Source: an uncultured bacterium (GTDB lineage: Bacteria; Verrucomicrobiota; Verrucomicrobiia; Limisphaerales; UBA8199). Taken from it: a stretch of 64,000 bases of DNA. The position numbers and the translations under genes were made by a program. The stretch covers positions 224,001 through 288,000 of the forward strand of contig CAVVMW010000023.1 of the NCBI GenBank assembly GCA_963749495.1. The letters run 5' to 3'. The notes beneath the pieces were generated by a model. The model did no database searches. It was not told the origin of the DNA and worked only from the letters and a program-made list of their open reading frames with translations. Positions 43,924-53,498 of this stretch are shown here, piece after piece (the stretch's first letter is position 1; every line of letters begins with the position of its first letter).

Positions 43924-44256
43924 TTAAACTGCCGCTGAAGCCGCCGCTTGCTCGTCGCGAAGACGCTTCTCGGCGAGCACCGGGGCGCTTCCGATTCGCG
44001 AGTTGTCTTCAGTGGCGATTGTGGCCAACCCCCTGCCAAAACCCTTTAGCGTGTTGTGCCAACGCCCATTGCCCGTGAGCGGATCCAGACAAAAGATTTC
44101 GCCGCAACAGGAGGCGAGAACTGCCTCGTTTTGCACGACCACATTGACAAAGTCGTAGCCTTTGAGATGGGTCGCCCACACCTGCTGACCCGTGGCGCGA
44201 TTCACCGCCACGACCGACCCTTTGATGCCAACGAACACTAAGTCCGAGGTTTTCAT
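43924..44256 (-). CDS. Small PQQ-like beta-propeller-blade protein
   Basis: LVFVGIKGSVVAVNRATGQQVW and GEIFCLDPLTGNGRW, only two blades; 110 aa. Confidence 0.8.
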   Translation of the reverse strand: MKTSDLVFVGIKGSVVAVNRATGQQVWATHLKGYDFVNVVVQNEAVLASCCGEIFCLDPLTGNGRWHNTLKGFGRGLATIATEDNSRIGSAPVLAEKRLRDEQAAASAAV

Positions 44257-44483
44257 AAAATATCCGCTTTCACCGCACATGTAGCCTGCGCAAATTCACT
44301 TCGCTGACCTGCGAATTGAGGACCCAGGAACCGCAGATCAGGCCAATGCCAAATCACTCGCGTCTTCATCGTTGCTGAGATTACGAGTTCGGGCCGGGTT
44401 GTTCAATTCCAAGGACCATCAAGCAACTGCCTGATCCAGAGATGTGGCTTGAAGCCATCGGCGTCTGCCCGTAGATTACACGC

Positions 44484-44906
44484 ATGATTGCGACTGCACC
44501 AACCTCGGAGAGTGTGAAGGAACGCTGGCGCACGGCAGCACGCTTTGCCGACGTGCTGGAAGCGGAAGTAAAGGCGCGCCGGAACCCATTCGCAACGCGA
44601 GTGGCTTCCTGGTTCAACCTTTGCCGCATCTGCCAGGACCTGGAAGAGCAGATGTTGCTGGCAGAGCCCGCCGACATGGCTGATCAGCGGCTCCATCGAG
44701 TAATGCTCTCCACGGCGATCGCCAGTGGGGAGGGGTTGATGATCGAGCACGGGGATGCCGAGGCCCTCAAGGCGCTGCGCCTTTCGCCGGAGGCGCTGGC
44801 CGCGAAGCTCGACTCGCTGCGCATCACCTTCGCGCAGTGGCACACGGAGATGAAGCCGGAACGGCAAGCCGCCATTCTGCGGGAGGCCTTCGGTGGCCAG
44901 ATGTGA
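44484..44906 (+). CDS. Hypothetical helical protein
   Basis: 140-aa ORF with good codon bias; overlaps the next ORF. Confidence 0.7.
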   Translation: MIATAPTSESVKERWRTAARFADVLEAEVKARRNPFATRVASWFNLCRICQDLEEQMLLAEPADMADQRLHRVMLSTAIASGEGLMIEHGDAEALKALRLSPEALAAKLDSLRITFAQWHTEMKPERQAAILREAFGGQM

Positions 44907-45120
44907 GGAACTGGAGGCCATCCTCCAGGCGCAGTTCGAGTTGGAGTATGCCGAACCGGAGGCCCTGGATGAGCGATTGCGCCGCTTGAACGTCCTCCTG
45001 GACCAAGTGATTGCCGGCGCCGCCTTGACCCGCCTCGATTTGTTGTCTGCCCTGCGGGACCGCTACAAGGAATACAAGCGGGCGCAGTTGTTGGCGGAGG
45101 CGAAGCGGAGAACGGTCTGA
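44893..45120 (+). CDS. Small hypothetical helical protein coupled to the upstream gene
   Basis: 75-aa ORF with a 14-bp overlap and GGAGG upstream of the GTG start. Confidence 0.65.
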   Translation: MARCEELEAILQAQFELEYAEPEALDERLRRLNVLLDQVIAGAALTRLDLLSALRDRYKEYKRAQLLAEAKRRTV

Positions 45121-45213
45121 GCCGCGCCCGGCGCGCCGGACGTAGCGGCCTCCACAGCGACGGGCAGACCGAACGATTGAGCTGCGCTGGCACCCACATT
45201 GCGTTCATGACCA

Positions 45214-47118
45214 CTAAGGCGTCTTGTCCGCCTGGAGCAACTGCCTGAGATTGTAGTGAGTAAACCGGGCGTGGGCGGCGACATTTTGGGAGTCGGCATT
45301 GGCGACCCAGAAATCGAGGGTGTCCGGGGCGAAGAGGGCGCAATGGATGTTGGAGGTCATGCAGACGGGGCGGCGCATGAGCTGGCGGGCGCTGTCGGCA
45401 TCGAACGTGCCAAACCCGGCCTGGACGCGCCGGGCCAGTTCCTCGTAGCGATCGCCGGCGGACAAGACGACGGCGTCCGGGATGGCGTGCGGCAGGAGCG
45501 GGTGGCTCTGGCCGGGGGCGATGGTCTCGAACTTGTCGGGCGTGGCGGCGATGCCGACGGCGCGTTTGGTCTTGGCGTCCGAGAGGACGTAGAAGTATTC
45601 GCAGGTGCGGGGTCCCTGGCGCAGGATGGCCAGCGCCTGGTCAAGGTCGTTGGCCTTCTCCATGACCTCGCGCAGGAGCTCGGCCATGGGCTTGCCGTCC
45701 CAGCGGCCTTGGCCCCGCCCGCCCATTTCGCCGATGGCCACTTGCTTTTCATTCATGGCCGTGACCGTGCCGATCATGCCGGCGTAACTGATGTTGACCC
45801 ACGCATTGCCCCGCTCCGGCTGGATGACCATCACGACCGCATTCTGTTCCAGGCCCAAGCCGCGCAGGTAATCCAGGACACGCCCGTGGTAGAGCCGCCC
45901 GCCTTGGGTTGCCCGGCCGAAGAGCGCGAAACCGCTGCAGTGAAACAACTCGGGAAAGAAATTCGCCAGCCGCACCTCCTCGCGCGGCAGGCCCGCCGCC
46001 GCTGCCAGGGCGTCCATCTCGCGCAAATACCGCTCGTCCATGAACGGGTTGAGCCGCTTCTGGGCCGATTCGATCTCGCCGAAGAACCAGCGCCCCTTCT
46101 CGAAGGAGCTGGCGACGCCGACCCCGTAGAGAATACGGTCAACGAGGTCGCGTATCTCCTTCTTCAAGAGCGTCCCATGCTGCCGGCCCATCTCTTCGGG
46201 CGTGCCCTTGAGAAAGAGCACGCGCGTGCCGTCGAGTTGCTCGAGCCGGGCGTCGCCCTCGCGGGCCACCACGCGCCGCTCGCCAGTGGCCGGGCCCAGG
46301 GGCGGCACCTTCTCGCCCAGCGTCCCGAGCGCCACCTTGAGAAAACGCGTCACGTGCGAGCGGGCCACCACCTCGATCAGGTTGCCGTCCGCGGGCTGAA
46401 GCTTCCATTTTTCCGGTGGCCGGGCCTCGAGGAACCGGGGCTGGACCAACTCGACCTGCACATCAATGTCTTTGGCATCGCGGTATCCCAAGCGCACCGG
46501 CAGGCAATCGCTCGGCCGCAGCCAAAGCTGGAAAGTCGCCTGGGGCAAGCCCAGGCCGCTGATCGCCTCCGGCTTGGGCGTCGCCTTGAGCACACGGCAC
46601 CGCGCCCCGCCGACCTCCTCGTCGGGCAGGACCTGCACGTCCATCAACAACGGCAGGAGCACCAGTTGCTCCGGCGGGATCGGCAGCTTGAGCGGGCCCA
46701 GCGCCGCGCTGTCTTTGCGGTCCGGCGCCGTCGCAAATGGCGCGGCCTCGGGCGAGCCGATCAACCCGAATTTCTTCCCAGGCGCGTGGAGCCAGACTTC
46801 TTGCCCGTTCCGGCCGAGCAGGAATCTGTCTTCGCCCAGGTTCAACGCCAACCGCAGGCAGTCCGGGGCCTGGAAGGCCAGTTCCAACTCGCTCGAGGCG
46901 AGTTGGAGGGGCAGGCCGTCCGCCTTCGCGACCTTGACTGTGGCGGCGAAAGTCCGGGCGGGTTCGCCGGAGGGCGGCTGGACCAGGACCGCCAGCCGGG
47001 TCAGGGCCGAGGCAAGGAGTTGAGCGGCGGAGTTGGTATTGGTCGTCTGGGCGGGAGCCAGCCCGGGCAGGGCCAGCGCCAGGCACAATAGCCAGGGGGC
47101 AAGGCGCGAGATTTTCAT
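45214..47118 (-). CDS. C45-family Ntn-hydrolase/peptidase with an N-terminal LolA-like domain
   Basis: Signal peptide; LKGTPEEMGRQHG; predicted autoproteolytic Cys in FHCSGFALFG; YHGRVLDY; AMNEKQVAIGEMGG. Confidence 0.85.
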   Translation of the reverse strand: MKISRLAPWLLCLALALPGLAPAQTTNTNSAAQLLASALTRLAVLVQPPSGEPARTFAATVKVAKADGLPLQLASSELELAFQAPDCLRLALNLGEDRFLLGRNGQEVWLHAPGKKFGLIGSPEAAPFATAPDRKDSAALGPLKLPIPPEQLVLLPLLMDVQVLPDEEVGGARCRVLKATPKPEAISGLGLPQATFQLWLRPSDCLPVRLGYRDAKDIDVQVELVQPRFLEARPPEKWKLQPADGNLIEVVARSHVTRFLKVALGTLGEKVPPLGPATGERRVVAREGDARLEQLDGTRVLFLKGTPEEMGRQHGTLLKKEIRDLVDRILYGVGVASSFEKGRWFFGEIESAQKRLNPFMDERYLREMDALAAAAGLPREEVRLANFFPELFHCSGFALFGRATQGGRLYHGRVLDYLRGLGLEQNAVVMVIQPERGNAWVNISYAGMIGTVTAMNEKQVAIGEMGGRGQGRWDGKPMAELLREVMEKANDLDQALAILRQGPRTCEYFYVLSDAKTKRAVGIAATPDKFETIAPGQSHPLLPHAIPDAVVLSAGDRYEELARRVQAGFGTFDADSARQLMRRPVCMTSNIHCALFAPDTLDFWVANADSQNVAAHARFTHYNLRQLLQADKTP

Positions 47119-47253
47119 AATGCCGATACTGTGACTGGATCGGAGCCTATCCCTGCGCGCCGGCCAGGGCAAGCGCATCGTGGGAGCAACAGGCTTCCTC
47201 GAGCCGCTGCGGAGGACTCTCCCTCTCTCCATGACCCGGCGGGAAGCCCGAAG

Positions 47254-47333
47254 GTTTTGGACTGCGCCAGTCCTCTGGCGCTTTCGTGTCCCGAGGGTCC
47301 AAAAAGCGGCAGAGGACTGCCGCAGTCCAAAAC
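47254..47333. repeat. REP-like inverted repeat doublet
   Basis: gttttggactgcgccagtcctctggcgcttt / aaagcggcagaggactgccgcagtccaaaac. Confidence 0.85.
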
Positions 47334-47388
47334 GCTTCGCGTCTTCCGTCGCCTCCCGCTTTCACTGAGCCTTACGAGTAACGGCCGC

Positions 47389-48813
47389 TTACTTCTGCGC
47401 CGGCTCTGCGCCGGGGGTTGGCGGCCAATTGAGGTGTCTGCGAAGGAATTCCTGCAGCTCCTCGACCTGGCGCTGCTGCCGGGCCTGGGCGTCGGGCAGT
47501 TCGCGCAGGCGGGCCGGGGCGGGGCCGGGCGAGTCGATCCGCTCCAACTGCAGCCCCAGCGCGTTGAGCAAAACGGTCAGCGCCGGGTCCGAAGCCGGGC
47601 CGATCGCCATGCCCTCCGCCCCGCAGATCAGCGCAAAGGGGGCGAAGCCCTTGGCTTCGCCGGGCTTCAGGAGAGCCTGGGCGCGCTCGAATTCCGCCTC
47701 GACCGACTCATAATCCGGCGTGGCGAGTTTGCCCGGGGCGGCGCCTGCCCGGCCCGCGCGCTCCGCAGGCGGGCCGGGGACGGCGGGCGCGGGGCTGTGC
47801 TCGACAATTAGGCCGCGGGGCGCGATGAGACTCGCTATCTCCGCGTCGCCGAACTCACGGAGCAGCCCGAAGACATTGCGGTAGATCGGCTCTTCCCAGA
47901 GGCGCTGGCGAGAATCGAAGTAGCCGCTCACCAGCGCCGCGCTGATGCGCGGGTCCAGCGCCGCGCTATAGAACGCAATCAAACCCCCTTCCCCGTAGCC
48001 GGCCACCGCGACCTTGGGGCTTTGGGTTCTGGACTCTGCGGCTTGGCCTTTGGCCTGAGTAACCGCGTGCCCGCTGTGGCCTCGGGCCTCCAGTGCATCG
48101 ATGGCCGCCAGGACCTTCTGGACCTCGAAACCGATGATGTGGCGGCCCAGCTCGAAGGCCTGCCGGTAAACCCACTCGCGGTGAGGTTGGTTGGTGAGGC
48201 GCTGCATTGCGGGGTTCCCGGACCAGGTGTCCTGGCGGTCCACCAGGACCGGCACGAGCACCTCGCAGCCGTTTTCGGCGAGCCGCCGCGCAAATTGCCG
48301 CACGGGCTCGAGTCCCGGAGCCAAGCCCGCCAGCATCTCCGGCGTTTGGTCCGCGTCAGGGATTGCCACCACGCGCGCCACGGGGACGGCCTTGGGCAGC
48401 AGCAGGAGTCCTTCGCCGTTGACTCCATCGAGCACCGGCCATCGCGCGCTGTGCACGGTGAAGCCCTCGGCCTCGGCGAGCAGCGTGGCCTCCAGGCCGG
48501 CGCCGGCCTGGGCCGCCGGCGCCCGGGTCTCCACCGCCCCGATCATCCGCCGCAACTGCTCGCGATTGGGCTGGATGGATTTTTCGTAGGCTGCTGTTGA
48601 GGCAAAATCGCGCTGCCAAAACCTGGCGCGTTGAGCCATCGAGCGCTCGAGTTCCCGGGCCAGAAACTGGTCGATGCCGATGGTCATCTCCAGCGCCGGA
48701 TCGGGGCTGGGCGCCAGGAGGCCCGTGCCGGGCAGCGGGCCGGGTTCCTGCGCTGCGCCGGCCAGCGCAGGGAGCAGCAGGCTCAACACGCCGAATCTGC
48801 TTCTACTGCTCAT
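47389..48813 (-). CDS. Secreted alpha/beta-hydrolase (dienelactone-hydrolase-like), apparently shortened by an internal deletion
   Basis: Signal peptide; GYGEGGLIAFYSAALDPRI; EFGDAEIASLIAPR. After RQQRQVEELQ the sequence jumps to a terminal-type motif EFLRRHLNWP. Confidence 0.75.
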   Translation of the reverse strand: MSSRSRFGVLSLLLPALAGAAQEPGPLPGTGLLAPSPDPALEMTIGIDQFLARELERSMAQRARFWQRDFASTAAYEKSIQPNREQLRRMIGAVETRAPAAQAGAGLEATLLAEAEGFTVHSARWPVLDGVNGEGLLLLPKAVPVARVVAIPDADQTPEMLAGLAPGLEPVRQFARRLAENGCEVLVPVLVDRQDTWSGNPAMQRLTNQPHREWVYRQAFELGRHIIGFEVQKVLAAIDALEARGHSGHAVTQAKGQAAESRTQSPKVAVAGYGEGGLIAFYSAALDPRISAALVSGYFDSRQRLWEEPIYRNVFGLLREFGDAEIASLIAPRGLIVEHSPAPAVPGPPAERAGRAGAAPGKLATPDYESVEAEFERAQALLKPGEAKGFAPFALICGAEGMAIGPASDPALTVLLNALGLQLERIDSPGPAPARLRELPDAQARQQRQVEELQEFLRRHLNWPPTPGAEPAQK

Positions 48814-49411
48814 CTTTCTGGCGCCTTGGACCCAGGAAGGGCAATTTAACGGTCTTCCCGAACAAGCGCAACATGGACGGTTTCTTTGGTTTCTCGCGTT
48901 CGATAGGCAGGCACCTGCGGCTGCACAGAGGGCAGAGCTTGAGGACCTTGCCGCCCCGGCGTCTGAGACGGTGCAGGCATTGATCGCACATCACCTCGCG
49001 GCAGTGCGTGCATTGGTGCGTGGCTCGGGCTTGGGGATGACGAGGACAGATCAACGAACCGTCCGCCAGCACAACAGGCGGCGCGGGCCGCGGCATGTCG
49101 AACTTGGGAATCCCGATGGTGACCTCCGTCGTTTCGACCAGGAGTTCCACGCAGCCCAGGCGCAGGACCTGCCCGGTCCGGATTTCGGCCTGCTGGATGG
49201 GTCTCCCATCGATGAGGGTGCCGTTGGTGGAGGCGCAGTCGCGCACCAGGAGGCCGCCCGCCACAAGCATGATCTCGCAATGGATGGCCGAGACCGTCGG
49301 ATGCTCGATCGGGAACTCGCATTCTGGGCTTCGTCCGAGGCGATTGGCTCCCAACTTGAGTTCAATCACCTGTTCCCCAAATCCGTCGGATGTAATCACA
49401 AGCCTGGCCAT
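48803..49411 (-). CDS. FHA domain protein with a Cys/His-rich zinc-finger C-terminus
   Basis: FHA motifs LGRS, VSAIH, STNGT; then CPRH..CTHC..CDQC..CPLC. Confidence 0.9.
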   Translation of the reverse strand: MARLVITSDGFGEQVIELKLGANRLGRSPECEFPIEHPTVSAIHCEIMLVAGGLLVRDCASTNGTLIDGRPIQQAEIRTGQVLRLGCVELLVETTEVTIGIPKFDMPRPAPPVVLADGSLICPRHPQARATHQCTHCREVMCDQCLHRLRRRGGKVLKLCPLCSRRCLPIEREKPKKPSMLRLFGKTVKLPFLGPRRQKDEQ

Positions 49412-49483
49412 GCGCTCGCCTTGGACTCGGCAGCGTAATTAACGCAGCCGGAGCGGATTGTCGACGAGAATCTGCGGCGGGTG

Positions 49484-49687
49484 AGGGCCGTTGACAAAGT
49501 CGTAGCGCAGGTTTCCAAACCTGCTGTATCGCCGATTTCCAATCGGCAGGGCGTCGGCATGTCGAGCGCCCCCGGGTTTGCGGACGGCCTGCGGGTTTGG
49601 AAACCCGCGATACAGCAGGTTTGGAAACCTGCGCTACGCTGGCGCCCCTGGCACACAGGCGCGCCGAGCGACTTTGTCAATGGCCCT
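49484..49687 (-). mobile_element. ~205-bp MITE-like element, copy 2 (inverted relative to copy 1)
   Basis: Ends agggccgttgacaaag / ctttgtcaatggccct. Closely matches the reverse complement of 42856-43060. Flanked by GTG on both sides (possible 3-bp TSD). Confidence 0.85.
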
Positions 49688-49770
49688 GTGCGGTCGGTCC
49701 GGCGGCCGGTTGCGGTTCCTGGCGGCTGGGTTAGATTCTGGAGCACAGTTTTGCGAAAGGAGCGTGTGAC

Positions 49771-50100
49771 ATGACAGCATTAGCTCAAAGAGAGTGCGTC
49801 CCCTGCAAGGGCGGAACGCCCGCGTTAAGCGGGCAGGAACTGGCCAAAATGGCCGCCGAGCTTGGAGGTGGCTGGAAGGTCGTGGGCGAGCACCACCTCG
49901 AGAGGGAGTTCGCCTTCAAGGACTTCCGCGAGGCCCTGGGTTTTACGAACCAGGTCGGGGAACTGGCCGAGGCGCAGGGACATCATCCGGACATCTACCT
50001 GGCCTGGGGCAAGGTCAAAATCACGATCTGGACCCACAAGATTGACGGCCTGACCGAGAGCGATTTCGTCTTTGCGGCGAAGGTGTCCCGCCTCGCCTGA
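49771..50100 (+). CDS. phhB: Pterin-4-alpha-carbinolamine dehydratase
   Basis: CVPCKGG, FKDFREALGF, AEAQGHHPDI, WTHKIDGLTESDFVFAAK; AAGGAG upstream. Confidence 0.93.
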   Translation: MTALAQRECVPCKGGTPALSGQELAKMAAELGGGWKVVGEHHLEREFAFKDFREALGFTNQVGELAEAQGHHPDIYLAWGKVKITIWTHKIDGLTESDFVFAAKVSRLA

Positions 50101-50236
50101 CCTGGCTCTCCAGGCGCGGAGGGCAGGACAGTGCGCCGGGGCGCTGACAGCCCCGGACGCGCCGTCCCGTCATACCCACCCATTTTGCCTCTGTTGGTGG
50201 CGTGCGATTAAAACTGGCGGTCAGCCCACAGCGCCT

Positions 50237-50432
50237 TTTTGCCCCGAAGGGGCTTCCGACAATAGCCCGGCGTTTCAACGCCGGGTGAGCGGACACAAGG
50301 AACAGGTCCGTCCCGAAGGGACGGCCGAAAGCAAGGAGTGTCCTCAGTCGTCCCTTCGGGACGAGGGTCCTTTTGATGGCCTCCCCGGCGTTGAAACGCC
50401 GGGCTATTGTCAAATGTCCCTCCGGGACAAAA
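50237..50432. repeat. Large palindromic REP-like element (~195 bp)
   Basis: gacaatagcccggcgtttcaacgccggg / cccggcgttgaaacgccgggctattgtc and cgtcccgaagggacg / cgtcccttcgggacg. Confidence 0.85.
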
Positions 50433-50610
50433 CTCCCGAGGCGCAAGCCCGACGCCTCTAATCGCACCCGGGCTGGTGTCGCCGCTTGACCTGGCCAATC
50501 CTGCGGGCGTATTCTCGCGCCCTGGCGTGCGGTGTGGGCGGCATCGTGGCCGGCGGCTAGAGGCGACCGGTTGCGGGCGCCCGACCCGGCGCTTAACGAT
50601 CTGAACAAAA

Positions 50611-51969
50611 ATGAAGCACCAACCTACTCTCACTCGGCGTCAATTCCTCACCACCTCGACCCTGGCGGCCGGCGCCTTGACCCTCGTCCCGCGCCATGTG
50701 GTGGCCGGCAGCGGCCAGACCCCGCCCAGCGAAACACTCCGTATCGCCGGCATCGGCGTGGGCGGCCAGGGCGCCGGGGACATCATGGAGGTTGCAAAGG
50801 ACAAAGCCTGCAGCATCGTCGCTCTATGTGATGTGGACCGGTCCAATCACACGGCCAAGACGTTCCAGAGCTTTCCGGGCGCCAAGCAGTACCGGGATTT
50901 TCGCAAGATGTTCGACGAAATGGAGCAGGGCATGGATGCGGTGGTGGTGGCCACGCCGGACCATTGCCACGCCGTGGCGGCCATGGCCGCGATCAAGCGC
51001 GGCAAGCACGTCTATTGCGAGAAGCCGCTGGCCCATTCGATTCATGAGGTCCGCGAGTTGATGGCGGCCGCCCGCGAGCACAAAGTGGTCACTCAGCTTG
51101 GCAACCAGGGCCATTCCTTTGGGACGATCCGCGACTTTTGCGAATGGGTCTGGGACGGGGCCATCGGCAGCGTCCACACTATCCATGCGGGGTGCGACGC
51201 TCCAAACTCCGGCATCAACGAACTGGCCCGGATCAAAGAGGCACACCCGGTGCCGCCCACCCTGGATTGGGACCTCTGGCTCGGCCCGGCCCAGTTCCGT
51301 CCGTATCACCCGGCCTACGTTCCGGGCCGGTGGCGCAGTTGGGTCCCCTTCGGCAACGGCACCGTGGGCGATTGGACCTGCCACGTGGTGGACCCGGTCT
51401 TCTGGGCCCTGGATCTGGGCGCCCCGGCGACCATCCAGGCCCAGGTGAAAAACTACGATTTCAAGACCCAGGGTGACAGCTACCCCATGGGCGAGATCAT
51501 CACCTACGAGTTCCCGGCCAAAGCCAATCGCGGGCCTGTGGTCATGCATTGGTACAGCGGCACCGAGCCCATCCCCAGGCCGCCCGAGATGGAATCGGAC
51601 GATCGGCCGGTGAAGACCGGCGCCGTGGTCGTGGGCGACAAAGGCACGATCATCTACGGCTCGCACGGGGCAGGACAGGTGCGCATCATCCCCCAGGCCA
51701 AGATGGATGCCTATAAGAAACCCGCCAGGACCATTCCCCGCGCCAAAGAGCATCACGCCGATTGGCTCGATGCCATCCGCAACCAGCGCAAGGCCGGCTC
51801 TGATTTCTCTTATGGCGGGCCCCTGACGGAACTCGCCTTGCTCGGCATCATCGCCATCAAGATGGGCGGACAGAAGCTGGAATGGGACGGCCCGGCCGGA
51901 CGCTTCACCAACTCCCCGGAGGCCAACCAGTTCCTCAACCCGCCCTACCGGATGGGCTGGAGCCTTTAA
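50611..51969 (+). CDS. Gfo/Idh/MocA family oxidoreductase with a Tat signal
   Basis: LTRRQFL, IGVGGQG, DAVVVATPDHCH, HVYCEKPL, LDWDLWLGPA. Confidence 0.95.
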   Translation: MKHQPTLTRRQFLTTSTLAAGALTLVPRHVVAGSGQTPPSETLRIAGIGVGGQGAGDIMEVAKDKACSIVALCDVDRSNHTAKTFQSFPGAKQYRDFRKMFDEMEQGMDAVVVATPDHCHAVAAMAAIKRGKHVYCEKPLAHSIHEVRELMAAAREHKVVTQLGNQGHSFGTIRDFCEWVWDGAIGSVHTIHAGCDAPNSGINELARIKEAHPVPPTLDWDLWLGPAQFRPYHPAYVPGRWRSWVPFGNGTVGDWTCHVVDPVFWALDLGAPATIQAQVKNYDFKTQGDSYPMGEIITYEFPAKANRGPVVMHWYSGTEPIPRPPEMESDDRPVKTGAVVVGDKGTIIYGSHGAGQVRIIPQAKMDAYKKPARTIPRAKEHHADWLDAIRNQRKAGSDFSYGGPLTELALLGIIAIKMGGQKLEWDGPAGRFTNSPEANQFLNPPYRMGWSL

Positions 51970-52091
51970 GCGCCGGCCGAGCCGGAACCTCGAAATCCGG
52001 AGCAGGCAGAAAGATGAGTCTTATTTCTTATCTTTCTGCCCCCATTTTTCTGCCAAATCCTCTTTCTGCCACATTCGGCTTTCACTACGGA

Positions 52092-53489
52092 TTACGCATT
52101 CCTCGAGTAGGTGGTTGCGACTGGCCGGACCTTTATCCATTGGTAGTGATGCAGGATCACCGCTGAGATGCTGAAAAGCAGAAGATAATAGAGGCTGAAG
52201 ATGGTCTCATTCCAGGCCGTGTGGGGCCCTGTGATCAGTTGGGCGATGGCGTTCTGCACGATAAGGACCAGCCACATGAGCTGGTAGGCATGAGGGAACA
52301 CGTCGGCCTGCGAGCCGCCCTGCCCCGGGAGGTCTTCGCCGGAACCGGGCGCGGGTTTGGACCTGGGGCCGCCTGGGAAGGGCCGGAACCAAATCCATGC
52401 CAATAACCCGGCCAGGGCGGCCAGCAGCAACGGACCCATGACCCGCCACAGGACGCGGTCCCAGTAGTTCTCGTTTCCAAGGTAGATGTTCGCCCAGCCC
52501 TTCAAGCCGTTTCGGAGCGAGAGGCCCAGACCCAACAACAGGCCCAGATAGGCGCCCAACCGTTCGAGGTCCGGGTGGGCTCGAGCCGGGGGTCCCGTTT
52601 CCCGCCCCCGTTGCGAGCCGCAGGCCCTGCCATTGGCCAGACAATAGGCCAGGCCGTAGGCGATGCCGATGCTGATGCCGCCGCAGGACTCCCAGCAACG
52701 CCACCAGTTGAAGCTCGTGCCCGGCCACAGCCGCGGCGCCCAGCGCCAGTTCTGGCACAGAGCCCATCCCGCCCCATTCACCAGCCCGACTGTGAGGATG
52801 AGGATGACGTTCCGCCAGTCCCGGCGCCCGGCCTCATAGGCCAGAAAGCCCAGGTAGAGCCCCAGGTGGGTAATGGCGGCCCGGTTGTCGTTGATGAGCC
52901 GGCGAAGATTCGGATTGGCATGGAGGTCTTGATACTGCGCCTGCATCGTCTTGTAGAGCGGGAGAAAGACTTCCGGCAGACTGTCGAACAGAATCCTGGC
53001 CAGCCACGCTGCTCCCAGCCCGCACGCCAGCCGGAAGCACCAGTTCTGAATGCGCGCCGGCCGCCCGCAGCGGCACCAGGCCAGCAGGCAGGCCCCCAGC
53101 CCGGCCCACGGCACGCCGGCGATGAAAAGCCAGGCGAAACCGTAGGCCCTCGAGATCGGCACGCTTTGCCCCGCCGCCGTATTGGTCTGGAGGCGGCCGT
53201 CAAAGAAACTGGGCCACTGCATCCAGCCGCGGCTTCCGGAGATGCCAATCCCGATAGTCAGGGCCAGGATGATCCAGCCCGACGCATAGGGCCGAGATTG
53301 CCGGCCCCCCGGCTCGCGGGCGATGAACCACCAGGCCGTGCCCCAGGTCACGCCCGCAAAAATGCAGCCGTTCATCCCCCCGAACCCGGAGCAGCCCCGC
53401 ACCGCCCAGGCCATCCCCCCGAGCGCCGCAAACAGCAGCACCGGCAGGACCAGGTCCTGCGCCAGATCCCGTTGGTTGTCTTTGCCCAT
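52092..53489 (-). CDS. Multi-pass membrane protein of unknown function
   Basis: About ten or more hydrophobic Trp/Gly-rich segments; GGMAWAVRG and NWWRCWESCGG. Confidence 0.8.
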   Translation of the reverse strand: MGKDNQRDLAQDLVLPVLLFAALGGMAWAVRGCSGFGGMNGCIFAGVTWGTAWWFIAREPGGRQSRPYASGWIILALTIGIGISGSRGWMQWPSFFDGRLQTNTAAGQSVPISRAYGFAWLFIAGVPWAGLGACLLAWCRCGRPARIQNWCFRLACGLGAAWLARILFDSLPEVFLPLYKTMQAQYQDLHANPNLRRLINDNRAAITHLGLYLGFLAYEAGRRDWRNVILILTVGLVNGAGWALCQNWRWAPRLWPGTSFNWWRCWESCGGISIGIAYGLAYCLANGRACGSQRGRETGPPARAHPDLERLGAYLGLLLGLGLSLRNGLKGWANIYLGNENYWDRVLWRVMGPLLLAALAGLLAWIWFRPFPGGPRSKPAPGSGEDLPGQGGSQADVFPHAYQLMWLVLIVQNAIAQLITGPHTAWNETIFSLYYLLLFSISAVILHHYQWIKVRPVATTYSRNA

Positions 53490-53498
53490 ACTGTTCTT

